A stretch of DNA of 64,000 nt from Diadema antillarum. Lineage: Eukaryota. Made by a program: the position numbers and the translations under genes. The stretch covers positions 1 to 64,000 of the forward strand of contig NW_027271377.1 of the NCBI RefSeq assembly GCF_040938485.1, written 5' to 3'. Each line of letters opens with the position of its first letter. Position 1 is the first letter of the stretch. Shown here piece after piece: positions 27,655-42,600 of this stretch. The notes beneath the pieces are model-generated. The model had not been told where the DNA came from. It saw only the letters and a program-made list of their open reading frames with translations, and ran no database searches.

Positions 27655-30600
27655 TCATCCATCTATCTTTCTTTCCCTATGGAGAGATTGAAGCACGCGG
27701 AGCTCTACAAAAAGAGTTTACACAGATTTGATTTTGAACATCCCTGGAGCAAACACCTGCCTGGAGTGTGGGCAAATATATTTTCAAGTTGATGTTTACA
27801 TATCTGTACCCTTCTGAGCGGACGCTGAGATCACGCCGACACATGTCGCACAATGTACTCAACTGCATAATATATAGGTCATATTCAGGGTATGGAAATT
27901 TTTTTTTATTTTTTTTTATTTTTTTTTTGGGGGGGGGGGCTTGTTAATTTCTCTCATTCTTTTTCTGGGAATGAAAGTGAAATGATGTGATTTGAAAGTC
28001 ACAAAAATGTCCTAGAAACATGTAATTATAGCCTTTTCACTGTATGTGAAGAGACATGTATTGTCATATTGCAAATTCCTAGGCTCTATTATTGTTAGGC
28101 AATGTAGACGACTTTTTTTTTGTCCTATGGCTTGCCATATTCTGAACAAATAAGAATATAAACACCAAGCTAAATGTCTTTTGACATGAAATTTAAGTTT
28201 GATTCAACTTCAATTTCATCTATTGGAAAATCTATGTCTATTCTAATTTTGCATAATTTTCAGGCTGACAGTAAATTAAATTGATAATAATAATAAGACC
28301 TATTGCTTTACAGCAAGATGGCAGTTTGTGACATCGCTTCCTCAGGAAAGTTTAAAAGCCACCTTTCTTATTTCCATCTGTCAAACAAAGTGACAAACAT
28401 ATCTCATAAGTAGGTATATCAAATGTCTGTGGATATCCATCTGTACAGCAAAGTGAAAACTACATCTCGTGCCTACGTGTCTAATGTCCATGGATAATAT
28501 CTCACAATCTCGAAGACAAGCAAAGGGCGATAGAAAAGAATTCTGAAAAAAGTCTTGACATGTGATACTGGTTTCTTATGTGCACCATGAAGCATGAAAT
28601 ACACTGCAAAGCTACTCTTCCACGGAGCAGACATGTATCACAACCAATACCCAAAATGTCTTGCTGCCGTCAAAATGCAACCTTTCAATCACGGTTTATT
28701 TTGAAACTGCCGCAAGGAACTACTTCCCGTGCTTGTCATAGCATGAAATATGTATGATCGACTCTGACATTAACACATGATCATACACAAGAACCACACC
28801 AGCCTCTGCTTACAACAAAGCAACCAAACTACACAGCCAATTGCAACATACCTCAGTTTAAAGGATGATATCAGGAGCCCAATGATGAAACTAGTGCCAT
28901 CATTTAACTGAAAAGCTGTGGATCAATCAACCCCATATGAATTAAAATCAAAGATAGATTTCAAACCATTTTACATACTATTACATCTCAGGAGGCTGTT
29001 AAACCCCAGTACCCAAAGCATGGCTGCACACATCTCATACACATGTAGTATATTTTTGCTTTGTTTTCAATTTCTTGAATTTCATATTAAGGTCAACTGA
29101 TATTCATCAAATTAACAACTTGCAAAAGTGTTGCCTCTAGTAATGCAAGTGCATTGCATATCATATCTAAGGAAATTGCTACTGTTGTCAATGTGGATCT
29201 TGATTGTGAATTCAAACCCTCATGAAATTGTTCTACAAGTCCGAACTGGTGAAATATACTGATGAAGCATTTATGATGCACACAGAATTACTTCACCTAA
29301 CACCCCCCCCCCCCCCCCCGAAAAAAGATCAATTTAAATGAGAGAAGTATTTAAAGCAATGTTTCACAGTCTCATCTAGACTATAATCAAATAGAAACAT
29401 TTCAGAAGTTTCAGCAATATAGAGCATATTATATTGCAAAACTGTACTCTGAAGAATATCACATCTCATGAACAGAAATGACAGAACTTGAAAGAAAAGC
29501 AATATGTGTTAATACCTTTCTGCTTTGCTCATCTCACCTCTATTTTATTTCTAGATAATACCCTGGAATCAAGCTGCACCTTGTGTTTTCTAATCTTGCT
29601 TTTTGCTCTCTGCTTTTATACTATACACACATGCTAAAATGTGATGACAAGTGTTATCATTAATCAAGAACAGCCAGTGATGACGATCAATCTAAAATGT
29701 GGGAGAATAGAGGAGGGTTGGCAGATATTGGGCCGCTACCCTCCGGCATCCCGATTCTCTCTGACTCCCATGATGGGCGGACATGTGACAGAAGACCTTA
29801 ATGGCATGTCAAAACTGGTGGCAGCCCAACAAATAGCAGCCACACAAGCTTTTTCAATCGCTGGTGCAAGCAGCATGCCACGGTTTAGGGTTGGGGAAAG
29901 AAGTGTGCTCTTCACTATTATTGCATATTGGGGGGGGGGAGGAGGAGGATCTCTGGCATATTGGTAGCACCCACGAATCAAATTGGCATGCACGCTCAAG
30001 ACATTTTGCAAGCAACTGTTGCATGGCATATATAGCGCAACAGTTGCAGTGTGCTGGGGGGAAATGAATGGCATTCATAGGATCGGAAATTTAAAATACA
30101 TGATAATATCACTTGAAGTCTGGGGAAGGGGGGAGGGTATGTGAAAATGCAGGAGATGAATCATGAATTGTGCATGATATTGTCTTCATCGCTAAGTCAG
30201 GTACGTAACACAAATAGCCAAAGACCCATGGGTGATGCATGAAGTAGTGTTATGCACTGATTTGCATTATCTTTCGCCTGATTGACGATGAAACGATATG
30301 ACAATTTTTGTAAAAGAATTCAAGATTTTGCAAGAAAGAACAAAAAATCAAAATAAAGATGCTACCTCCTGCAATGAAATACTAAAGGTGAATATTATCA
30401 TGAACTTACACAATTTCTCCTTTCTTGACTGGCATTAAAATATGAGGATATGACTGACCAGATTATGTTTTGTCAGGTGCTGGCATTCATTTTAACGTGG
30501 TATATAAGAACACTTGAGCTCAGCTGTCATAATCACTTAGTCTCCTCATCCAGCGGTTCCAACACCAAAACTTTAACAATTCATAACTTTTGCATCAATC

Positions 30601-33600
30601 GTCCGATTTTCATCAAACTTTCACTGATGTGTTCTACTAATGTTGCTGCTTTCACTCAATCCACATTGCTCTTTGGGTTTGGGTTCCCTTTAAAGACCTG
30701 GAAGTGTGGGGATACCATGGAGTAGGAAGGTTGGCCTGGCTCAAATATTTGATGCATCACGCGTTACCCCGGGGTACCACGTTGTGTAGCGCCACCTCAC
30801 GTCCACTCGAGGACAGCCGCAGAGAAATGCATGCACTGTGTGTGCGTGTACATAGTCATTCCCATGCCACTGCATGTTATACTACACATGCATGGTACAC
30901 TGTGCTAGCAATAGCCTGTGCGTCAGTGCAGTGCAGTGTAGTGCAGTGCAGTGGCTAGCGCGCGCTAGCTCCAGCACCAAAATAATTTCCCACTTTTTGG
31001 CACCCAGGGTACAACCTTAAAAAATAGATAATAATTCAACAAAATGGCTGATTTTCATTTGGTACCCCCGGGATACCATTTATGTCATCATTTTCCAAAA
31101 TCCCCATAACGAATTGTGTACAGCTTATCACTGATTTCTATGTTTCCAAGTGCATAGAACCAGACAAAAATTGAATTTTTCCTGGCTGAATACCTTCAAA
31201 AATAATGATTAGTCAGCTCTGTTCGGATATGAGACTGAGGCATACAATGTAATTCCATTTAGATTATAAAAAAAACACATGAATTTTCAAGATATTGTGT
31301 ACAAACTATATGGCAAGTTGTGAGGCAATGACACAATCAACTCACTTATTTGCCCATTCATATCGACTGCTCAAGAACTGTTGGGTGAAAAGTAGTGACA
31401 CTTCCATAATTCATAACTTCCTTAGTTTTTCTATCTAATTTTGATCAAATGTTCATAGTTGTGATTTGAAATATGATTTTACTCTTTCTTGATAAGACCA
31501 CTTTTAACTGGTCCAAAAGACCTCTTTAATCTAGTTGGGATGGTCACAAGGAAATATCTAACGAGTTCATGCTTCGTTGTCGTACATTCTTGCTATCCAT
31601 TTGAGCTGTGTTTGAAATGCACACATTTCCCTTAAAATCTGTGTACCAGTATGGTCTAACAATAACACACACAAGCCTCCTTTTCTGTACAAACGTTGTG
31701 GGATGCTACATTCAATAAAGGTTGAAGCCTGGCTGATTTCGAAGCCACTATAGCATAGAGTGCAATGACTGTATGTTATAACTTCACTGCAAGATTACTA
31801 TCCACTTTAACAGTTCTTTGCTTATTAATCGCTCAGCCATTTAAGGTCACTCACAAAGGACAGACTCCATCCTTTTTATCCTTTCAGGGGTCCTCTTGAC
31901 AATTCTGTCCCCCAAAACAGTAAACACACACACACACACACACACACAGGCATAACAAAAAAAAAAAGAAAAAAAGAAAAAAAGAAATCAGTTCAGTGCA
32001 TCCAAACACACAATCACACAATACCTTCAGCTTAGCATGTTGTTCTGGCAATTTTTCTGAGCACAACAGGATTTGAACACCCCTATGATACAAGAAGACC
32101 CCACTGCTGCCCCCCCCCCCCTCTCTCTCTCTAACAATTGTCACCCAACCACACAACAGGGAAAAAAGAACATGTAACAGTCAAAGGGTTCAGCACAACA
32201 AAACACGAACTTTTTGAAGATGCCTTTCTCCTTCACTATCTTATACACCAGAACAGGGTTTTATAGTAAAAGAGTTTGGCAGACAATTTACAGCCAAGTT
32301 CTGTATTTTCACATGTTTTCACAGTTCCATGTAAATTTTCCTTGATTGCATACCGGTATATGCAGCAATAGCTATCTGACACTTACACCATGTAATGGTC
32401 ATGCTGTTTTGCCGCAATATGCTATTTCATCCTCTGTTGCAATAAGATTAGATTGTGTATATATGCAATGGTGTAACTATATAATAACATTCTGAAAACA
32501 GCTCTGCCTGACTCTTAGTCTCTCCCAACTCAACAATACATTTCATCATTGACAGCAAGGGAATATTACGTAGAGGGGTGAAGGTTGAGATATGAATTTT
32601 CTTCAATTTGTCTCCCCCTAACAAATGAAATGGTTCCTTTTTTTTTTTTGACATGTTTGTTGAATTACAAATCAGCAGTTGCAATCTTACAAATTTCATT
32701 TGTTGGAGGGAGGCAAATTGAAGAAAATTCACACCTCACTCTATCATTGATGTGTAATTGAGCGCAAGGCAGCCATGATCATAGACATTATTTGTCAAAC
32801 AACCCAGACAGTGAATATATTCCATGGGATACTCTATATTTGCAAAGTGCCAATTGAATTGCATTTGAATGTACAGACCTGCTGGAGCATTATGTACCAT
32901 TACATGAGAATCAAAAGGGCTCTGACATTCTGCAAAGTCTGAAGCGTGTTTACATACATGCCCTGCTGGTTCATAACCGACAATGCTTTCGGTTTACTGT
33001 CAATGTCAAACTCCTAACATGCCAAATCATCAAGAAAAATATATGATAAAAACATCATTGAAAACAGTCCACATTACTGAAAATAAAAACACATTTAGAT
33101 CACTTTTCATTAATAATAATAATTATAACAATAATAATAATCAACATCTTACCGCGCTTAATACAAAGTTTCTAAGCGCCTTACAAAACATATTGTTCCA
33201 TGTCTTGAAAAGATCAAGGATGCTTTACAAACAGTGACATTGTACCTAATTTTGCAAGTCTCTAAACTCAATAAAGAAGAGTGATAATTTCTTCATTTGC
33301 ACCTGCCTTTTTGCGGGCATGTCCTTCTCACTCTAATTTCCTTCTCAGTTCCTCCCATAGTCATTATCACCTCTCTTCCACTGATGTAAATGATTGCTCC
33401 ACAGGGCAAATTGACCTTTATCAGGATGGTAAGGTGTCATCATTACGTTAGCAGTTGTTTGAGCGTACTTGCTCCTTGTTCAGACACAAAATATGACAAT
33501 AATATAGCCTGTAACATACGGTTCAGACACAGATATCTTTACTGATTGGAAAAAAAGTATCGATGTGCAGTTTTCCACTGCGTATGTTGTTATGGTCACT

Positions 33601-36600
33601 ACTGGAAATGAGACATGAGGTAAGGTCACCTTTTGCACATGTTCACATTAAGCCCCGCCCAGTTACGCTGTTTTATGACCGCCATGTGTTCAGACACACA
33701 TGGAAAGATGATTCACTATCAAGTTCTAGTTCGAAACGATGCTCCGACTCACTTCATTTCGTTTCGTTATATAATTTGTCGTTAGTCAGCATTCAGACAC
33801 ATAAATCCACACTATCCTGTAAAACCAGAAATATTTGCAGCATAAAATTTTCGCAAATTGGAGGTGATGGCCGTTTTCATGACATGAAACTCTTGTGAAT
33901 TGCCACTGATGTTCAATGCATTTAGTGTAGACAAGAACTTTTGTCTGAATTTCAATTTCGTGAATCTTGGCTCCTCCTCACGAACTTCGTGAAAATTTCT
34001 GTGTCTGAACACCCTGCACTGGCAAGTAACTTCACTGCAAGAGCACTCACTGGCACTCCCAATGCAAAGCCCTCCAAATGTCTTCAAAGTGTCATGTCAC
34101 TTAGCACACTTAATCAGAGTTCAGTGCTAGCACTTGTCCAATTTTTCTGCTAACAGGTCAAACAGAGTGAGAGAGAGTATCGATTGATTCCTTGCATTTC
34201 ATTCTTAGTTTTCTTCTTCGAACTCCTTCTTCCTGCTGAGAGCCATCTTCACAATGGCCCGAAGAGAAAAGGGAAGTGTAATCCATCATATAAATGCTAC
34301 CTCTTGACTTTGAATTGTTTCCTGCGGTACTCATGCCGCCACATGAGTTGTCGTTTGGGGGTATCATTTTTTTTCTCTCTTCAAGAAACCATGGAGATGA
34401 CAACAAACCAACAATGAGCACTGCTACTGCACATGACAGACCGGTATAATTGCGGTGTCAACATTTGCACAATTCTGCCATGCTACATGGATGGTCATGC
34501 CCACAAGGGAAGAAGACAAGGCCCCTGGAAGTGCTGCAGATTCAGCCCGCTGTCGTCGAATCACAGACTGTGTCTGGGATACGGAGGAAATGGGATATTA
34601 ATATTTTCCCCATCCAAATGCTTCTCTGAGAAGCATTAAAGGAACCTCACAGCATAACTCATCTATATTCAAGTTGACATACTGACGGGATACATTTACG
34701 ACAAATCAGCCATTCCATAACTTCTCTGTCTGAATGATGTGATAATATCTTTGAATATCAACAGCATGATACCAAGACAGTGTTACCCTATAAATTCATG
34801 TGATGAATAGCAGCACAATTGTCTTTTAAGTATTTTTTTTTTCTTGATGTGTCATGAATTACTTGAAGAAAAAGGCTGTAACATTAGCATTTCATACTAT
34901 AACTTGATGAATACAACCAGTGTTCCAGTGTTTTACTCACTTACCACACATACACACACAGCCGAACAATTAATCTTTGTAACAGCAATGTCAATCACTG
35001 TCACCTACTTGACATTAACTGCATACAGCGTAACCTGTCCCTGGCACTTAAACACAAGGTTCCTTCCTATTCAGTATTTCAGTATCATTTGCGTTCATTA
35101 CACACGATTCTTGGCAATCAAACTGAGCTCACCCCCAAACAATTAAATTCACCTTGCCAAGCTTACATAGCTTTCGCTAATCTGTCAGTATGGTCAGCGG
35201 CATGGTCAAGATCGGTCAAATCTGGCACGAGGCACGTCTTGCTCACATTTGTGCACCAGGGTTTGAAAGAAGAAAGTTGCAGGTCGAATCTAACTTTTTT
35301 TTCTTTTTTTGCATGTGTGTGTAAAATTGAACATTGTTTGATTTTCCATAATTTTCACAAATTAGGTCTACCAGATACTGCATGAGAGAACTAATATGAA
35401 TGTAAATCTGTTCTTGAACTTTGGGTAACTTTGTGTCACACTAATCCATTAATTGTGCCACTGAGAAATACATTTTATTGCCTCTACTGCAGGCTTGTGA
35501 CACAGCCATACACCTGTGAAATATTTCCACAGCACTGCCAGTACAAGTTTAGCCCTGACAGTACTGAATATACAAATCAGTGAAGTCTGACACATTGCAT
35601 TATACACAATGATACATTATAGACAATGATATTGCACCCTCTGCCACTTTCAAGAACTCCTCTGCATTCATCATGCACTATCTGAAGATCACTTTAATGA
35701 GAAATAACTCAATTCATTGAATTTTCTCCTTTGATTGTGCTTATGTGTCAAAGTTGTGTATTTGACACAAAGTATGCAATCTCATCCCTTGGATCTTTGC
35801 AGCCACTTGGAATTTTTTAGTACTTGATGCTCATTGGCTGACTTAGAAGAGCAATTGCTTCCTTCCAGTCTGTGATTGGTTCCTGTATTTTACATTTCTG
35901 TGCTCAGCTTTTAATTTCACTCTGCTCATAAAAGGTATGGATATTAAAGTAGTAAACATCATTCAATACACTGAGAATTGGACTGGACATCACTGTGCAC
36001 CACAAGCACTGTTTACACTGCATTTTCAAAGAAAAAAATGCAGAATTTGATTTCATCGTCCACCCTCCTTCGCTGCACATATCAAACTAACTGAAGTGAG
36101 CTGTCGGATCACACGACTGACCGGTTTTCATCTGCCCAAATCGCTGAGGTGGGCACTAGCTGTCAAATCACATGCATGTACGCCGTTCAGGACGAATGAC
36201 GTCACCCATCCCAGTATATACTCAGCATGGGGTCCGTTGTTCAATTTTGCAGAGCAGAATGCAGATGAAAGGGACTGTTCAAAGTTTTAAAGCGTCGCAG
36301 GAGCTAACAATCAGTCAGCAATGTTTTCACACTGCTCAGTACTATCTATAATTTCAAAATTAGTTAACACCTCATTACAAAAGACAGCATACACCATATG
36401 ACGTAAAACTTCTTTTTAAATTCCTGGTGAGAATGTTCCCTAGGAAAAACAAAAACTGTACATCTGGAACATAATGCATGCAAGCAACAAAAATAAGTTT
36501 ACTCACACTGAAGAAAAAAAAGTCACAGAAGTTGTGACCATTTTCATGACAGAAGGCGTTTTCACATCAGCCCGATGTTTCGAAATAGCACGCTATTTTC

Positions 36601-39600
36601 TGACTTGGGAAATTAACCCGATCACGAAATAGCGCGCTATTTGATAATGTGAATACAAATTAGCGCACTAATTTTATCGCTCTGATCGAGAAAATTTCTC
36701 GAGTCCAACTCGGGAAATTTCCGAAATAGCGGGACAATTTGCGAACTAGCGTGCTATTTGATAATGTGAAATCGCCTCAAGAAATTAGCATGATGCATCC
36801 TATCATGCCTAGCGTGTGTGAAGGCGATCACGCGGGTAATCTTTTTGAGGGTGCGCGCTCTACTGGCATACCCGACACTGTTTGCGCATGCTCAGCTGTC
36901 GAATTAGCTCGAAAAAATTTTGGGCTGATGTGAATAGGAAATGAAACAGCGCGCTAATTTGCGATCGCGAAAAATATCTTGACCTTGGATTTTTATCGGG
37001 CTGATGTGAAAACGCCTAGTATAGACCAATTCGGTTTGGGTACTGTTTTTTATGGTAATTTCTAACTGGGGGCTGCAAGTAGGCCTAACAAAAGATACTT
37101 TATGCACTGACATAGCAATGCATCTGTAGCTCAGTGCATAACCCATCGAAAGTATTTTTGATCTTCTTTGGAAGCCCCCCAGTTATGGCCGCCATAAGTT
37201 ACATTCCTCTGAAGTAGGATTCATTTATACAGTGTTCCAACATGAATTTGACGGCACCTCAAAGCTTTGATGTTGCCTTGCATCATATCTTCATATGACA
37301 TGATTATTCTCAATTTGTTTTGTCCATGACAGCTCAAAAGCACCCAAATTTTGTTGAAAGATGAAAGACACATTTCTTATTAGGATCTAACTCAAGACAA
37401 AAGCATTGATTGTACCTTTTTCTTCCACAAGAAAGTTATGCTGATTCTTAAATATGATGATTTATGTCATTGCTGGCTGATCTCTTCATTGAGATTGAGG
37501 GTTTGTTTACAAGGAGTGCAAAGGAGTTCTTATATCTAGAAATTTTAGAGTACAGTAAGAATGATGACAATCCTTTTCCTTGTCCCTTCTTGCCACTGTG
37601 TTCACCGTGCAAGTTGGCAAGGCCATCAGTTTAGTAATGTCAGATCAAACTTCCCTTTTCAGATATGTACAAAATGTGGCCAAATATAAAATAAAAAATT
37701 ACAAACCACAAAAGTGCTTGCTGTCAGCAGAATGTGCAATCTCTACCACAATGCAAACAATAAACTACCGGCCGTACATTTATCACTTCCATGTGTCCTT
37801 TTTAACTTGAGTGCACAAAATAAACAGTCTTGTCTATTTCCCTCTTGATTTGATGATCTACATCTTCTGCTATGTAATCAGAAAGCCACTGACAACAGTT
37901 GAAACTTTATGCAATGTGATCATGAATAGTCAATTCTACACGGAAAGCATGTGGGCAACTTTCACCTTGAGCAATATGAATTGAAACTACAAGCAGCACT
38001 TTGATGCAATGTGATTTGACGCGATGTTATCAAGAATATACATTGTAGTCACTTCTGCATGGAAAACCTGTGGGCGAGTTTCACCTTGTGCAACTGGAAA
38101 CTAAAACCAGGATTTTTATGCACTCCGGTCACTCAGTAATCACCCAGATTACACACATTTATCATTCCTTGTCACATCGGAACTAACCTCTTACTAATGA
38201 CAACTTCTGATACCACAGAAACAACCCAGTATTCTGTTGTTTTCTTCTCTTTTTATCACATCACACAATGACAGGAAATGCACAAATGTCAGTGGTACAC
38301 AGACAAAGGTACGACCTTGCTGAGTTGTGATCACCCAAAAGGGCTAACGAATGACATGGACTCTTGAGATAAAAGCCACTGGTGATGTCAAAACTGCCAC
38401 ACTCATCAAAACAAAATAAAAGAAAGAAGAAAGTTTACTAAACATTCATGAGAGGTGCACGTCAGAACTTGTCGAGTGGTCTTCCTCTATTCCTTATTGT
38501 GGTCTGATATCTGATAACTGGCAAGATAAACATGTTTTGTGGAAGCAACACCATCACTGGAACTGCTCCCCTGATCAAAACATCCTCCACGTCACCGAGC
38601 ACAGAGAGTTCAAAATGTGGCTGCACTGATGAGTTTGGCATTTCGTGGAGTCACATCCTGCAGCAGTGATTTAAATATGACAATGGTTCTCTGCCTCTCT
38701 CTCCGGCCGAGGTCACCACTGTTATCAAATGATTCAAGATGTTTTTCATTCATGGGCACATATAAGCATTACAATGCTAGTTTCCATTTTACAATTTGCT
38801 TTGTAGTGGGCAATTACCTCAGACTCAGAATGGCAGCTAGGCTTAGTAGAATGATATCATTTGGAATATGAAATCCACCTAAAGAATTTACTCAAAGTAC
38901 GGTACAAACTAATCGTCATGTGATTCATTTTGGAAGAAATGACTGCAATACCAACTTGAAATTTGTTTGAGTCAACCAATCTCCCCATACCATGTACAAC
39001 GTGTAAGTTAACACTCCAAAGGAGTTGTGTACACATATTTTGTCCTATAGTAAATCACTGGTCAGCAGGGAGCTAGTGAAACCCAGTAAAACTTTTTCAA
39101 ACCAAGCTTTATGACTCAGGAGCATGGCATACATGCCATCATCTGGGTAGAAATGGTGGATAACGTTCATCTATCATCTGTACAATCTCACAAGCAATAC
39201 GATAATACAAATCAAACAAGCTCACCTGAATGGCAATAGATGTTACCATCCTTTGCCAAACAAGCAATCTGGCACACTTGAAAACCACACTATAAAAGGA
39301 TTGAAACAACTTTTACAGGACCTGGCCATAAACAATTATGTTAGATCATACCAATCTTGGCTTTCATTCATGGTCAATAAATATAGCAAATTAAGCTTGA
39401 GAAAAGTAAATGTGGAGGGGGAATAACTGTTGTCATCAGTTCATGCAAATAAACCTCACAAATGCTGAGAGATACTGCCAATTACCAAGAAGACCTGTGC
39501 TGTACTGTCATTACTTATGGCTTCTACCCTGTGTAGAACTATTAAAGGGAACATTAACCCCAAGAGCAATGTGGGTTGAGTGAAAGCAGTAACATTAGTA

Positions 39601-42600
39601 AAACACATCAGTGAAAGTTTGAGGAAAATCGAGCAATCGATGCAAAAGTTATGAATTTTTAAAGTTTTGGTGTTGGAACTGCTGGGTAAGGAGACTACTA
39701 GAGGTTATGACGTATGAGTGGACTAGAACATAAAGAAAATATAAAGGGAATTTAATAAAAATTCATTTTTCATGAAAATTACACATTCCATCAACTTGAT
39801 ACTGACATATGTTAGGGGTAGCAATTATTCTCCCTGCTTTCTGGAAGCGGTTTGTCAAGTACTCTTTCATTTTGCTAGAAAAGTAAATTTTTGTGGAATT
39901 CCTTTTATATTTTCTTTATATTGTTGTCCACTCATACGTCATAGCCTCTAGTAGTCTCCTCATCCAGCGGTTCCAACACCAAAATGTTAAAAATTCATAA
40001 CTCTTGCATCGATCGTCCGATTTTCCTCAAACTTTCACTGATGTGTTCTACTAATGTTAATGCTTTTACTCAATCCACATTGCTCGTTGGGTTTGCATTC
40101 CCTTTAATACAATTCAGTTGGATTGGTAAGATGCAAATGATCATTGTACACCATCAATATGACACCAATTAGATAGCTAAAGTTTTGAAAGTAACACATC
40201 AATTTTGACTAATAAAAGTCTTGCTTTATTTCCACAAATAAATTAGGCTTCTTCCCAGCATAAGCACAGACTAAATCAATAAAATGAATAGGAGAGGTTT
40301 AAAAAGAGCGAGAGATATGCTAATTTGCTGACTACACAATGACAGAACAAATGGGTAAAAGGAATAAATTGATATCAACACAAAACCCAGCAAAATAACA
40401 TGTAATAACAACCAACACCATCCTTGGGATAAGGTAGCATTATAAATATATCACAGGAGAAGACCCTCACCCCTCCCCCAAAAATGCAGTGATTTAATTT
40501 CATTCTGCTAGCCCCAGAATTAAACGTCTTACTGGGTTCAGGCACAACATACCTGTGGAAGAATGACATTGCAAAATCCTTGATGTCTAGTTTTATCACT
40601 TCTTAATTCTTGCTTAAGTGAAACAAAGTGCCTAAAGCAGACACATCATGTTTTGGACATTTGGACATCCACAGGTCATTCTCATTCAAAGGGTGATAAC
40701 TATATCCCCCCTCCCCCCCCCATAACGTCATACCAGTACCATCAGTTTCCCTAGCACAAGGCAGTCACTGTAAACAACTAACCATCAACCTCCTTCCTCT
40801 ACTTAAAGGCAACCACTAAAAGGATTTAGTGCTGAAAATGAAAGCGTAATATTTTCTAGACGGTATCCAAACATATATACCGCCCTCACTGCTTAGTCAT
40901 CCCTTATTTGTAGACATGTACACGTCTGTTAACCGAGGTACATACATATAATAACTATCAACTGTGGCGATGTCATAATGACGATGTCATAACAATCACA
41001 AGATGCAGCCTTGACATTCTTGCCCAAAATTAGGAATGATAGGGCCACCACACATACATTCTAAAAACACCCACTTTCAAAATATGCTCCATTGTCTTGC
41101 ATCTTTCCACAACAAAAGACACCCATGACTGTCACAACACTGGTAATGCTTATATGTGAAGCATAATGCAAAGGAAAATGGATGATTGCAACAGCACCCA
41201 AAAAAAAGTCATATCAATGCATGACAGTCTGAAATTATTTTTTCAAAAACATTAAATCTGGTCTCAAAATTCTGGGTTTCCTACTATCTGATGTCAACAA
41301 CAAATGCAGTCATAACATGTAGATCAAATGTTGTGTATGACTTCGGACATCATCAACCTTTTAAAATCTTACGACAAATAAAATGGCACTCCCTCAAGAA
41401 AAAAAATGAAATAAATAACACACACACACACATACACACCTTATCTAGTGTTCAGTTTCATTGTTCCATTTATTGAAATCTCTATCAAGTCAATACTGAA
41501 AACAAAAGTATTGGGACATCTCTTTAAGCAGGCTATAAGGTACCGGTACATACATTTGTATGAAAAATAATTTCAATTTCAATCGCCTAACTGGACATTC
41601 TCTGTAGAATACTACTGCACTGAACTTTAAGAGAAAAGCTGACTAATGATTGAATTACTATTGGCATTCCAAACAAACACATACACACACTCACACACAC
41701 ACACACACAAACATACACACTGCAGGGAGAAATGGAGTTTACTGGATATCCATACCCAGGTGAAATGTTTTGTCAATGGAAGTTATGATAACAGGGTATG
41801 TATACACCAGGGTTCTAGTCACCAGGAGGGGTGACTGGGCCTTTGTGGATTATGAAAACACATCCGGAGATTACGCTGCACATTGTATCTGTCTAGCAGC
41901 AGACAACTCTTCATGATCGGTTATTAAAGGGTCGTCCTCTCTTTACCGTACAAAGTCAGTGAACCAATTGCCATTTAATTTATAGTGCCTGTACAAAATG
42001 TATGCAATGATGGTGTGTGCAATTTTGGGCTGTGGTTGCAGGTGAATCATCGAAATGCTCTCTACAGACAATACCAGTCAACAGACAAATAACCACTTCA
42101 CACCTACAGACTGGAGGACATGCTCGAAATCAAATGTGTGTTTATGTGTTGTCGTTTTTTTAAAGAAATCAACGCACAAGATGAACACTGTAGGCCTACA
42201 TGCTGACATCAGTAACCATTGAGGGCGAGTCCTGAGTATACTCGGGCAACTGTCTATGGGAAATGCGTGTACATAGCAAAGTCAGCCCGTCCTCAACGAG
42301 TTATTTAACACTGTCCGTACTGAAACTGCTTCACAATGAATAGAGGACCATTTCTTGTAAATTAGCCAACTCTTTAGTTTTGACAAGTTCAAAGATATTA
42401 ATACTTTGTATCTTGTATGTGAAGTACGCATTAGAAGGGTGTCTTTACATGTATTTGAAAGGGAAACAAGAAAACCAACTGGGTACATCTGTCTAGCACA
42501 GTCTGCATAGGCTTATATTTATAATGGTGTGGGCTTTTGCCAACTACAGTATATGGTGTGGGTTTGAGCAATTAATCCATGAATTTGCGCTTATCACAAT

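Noticed and set aside
34945-35010. Strong donor in intron 1 after an LLLQRLIV-like frame resembling exon 1
   Set aside because: No in-frame ATG (TGA immediately upstream), and the junction would create TG|A stop.
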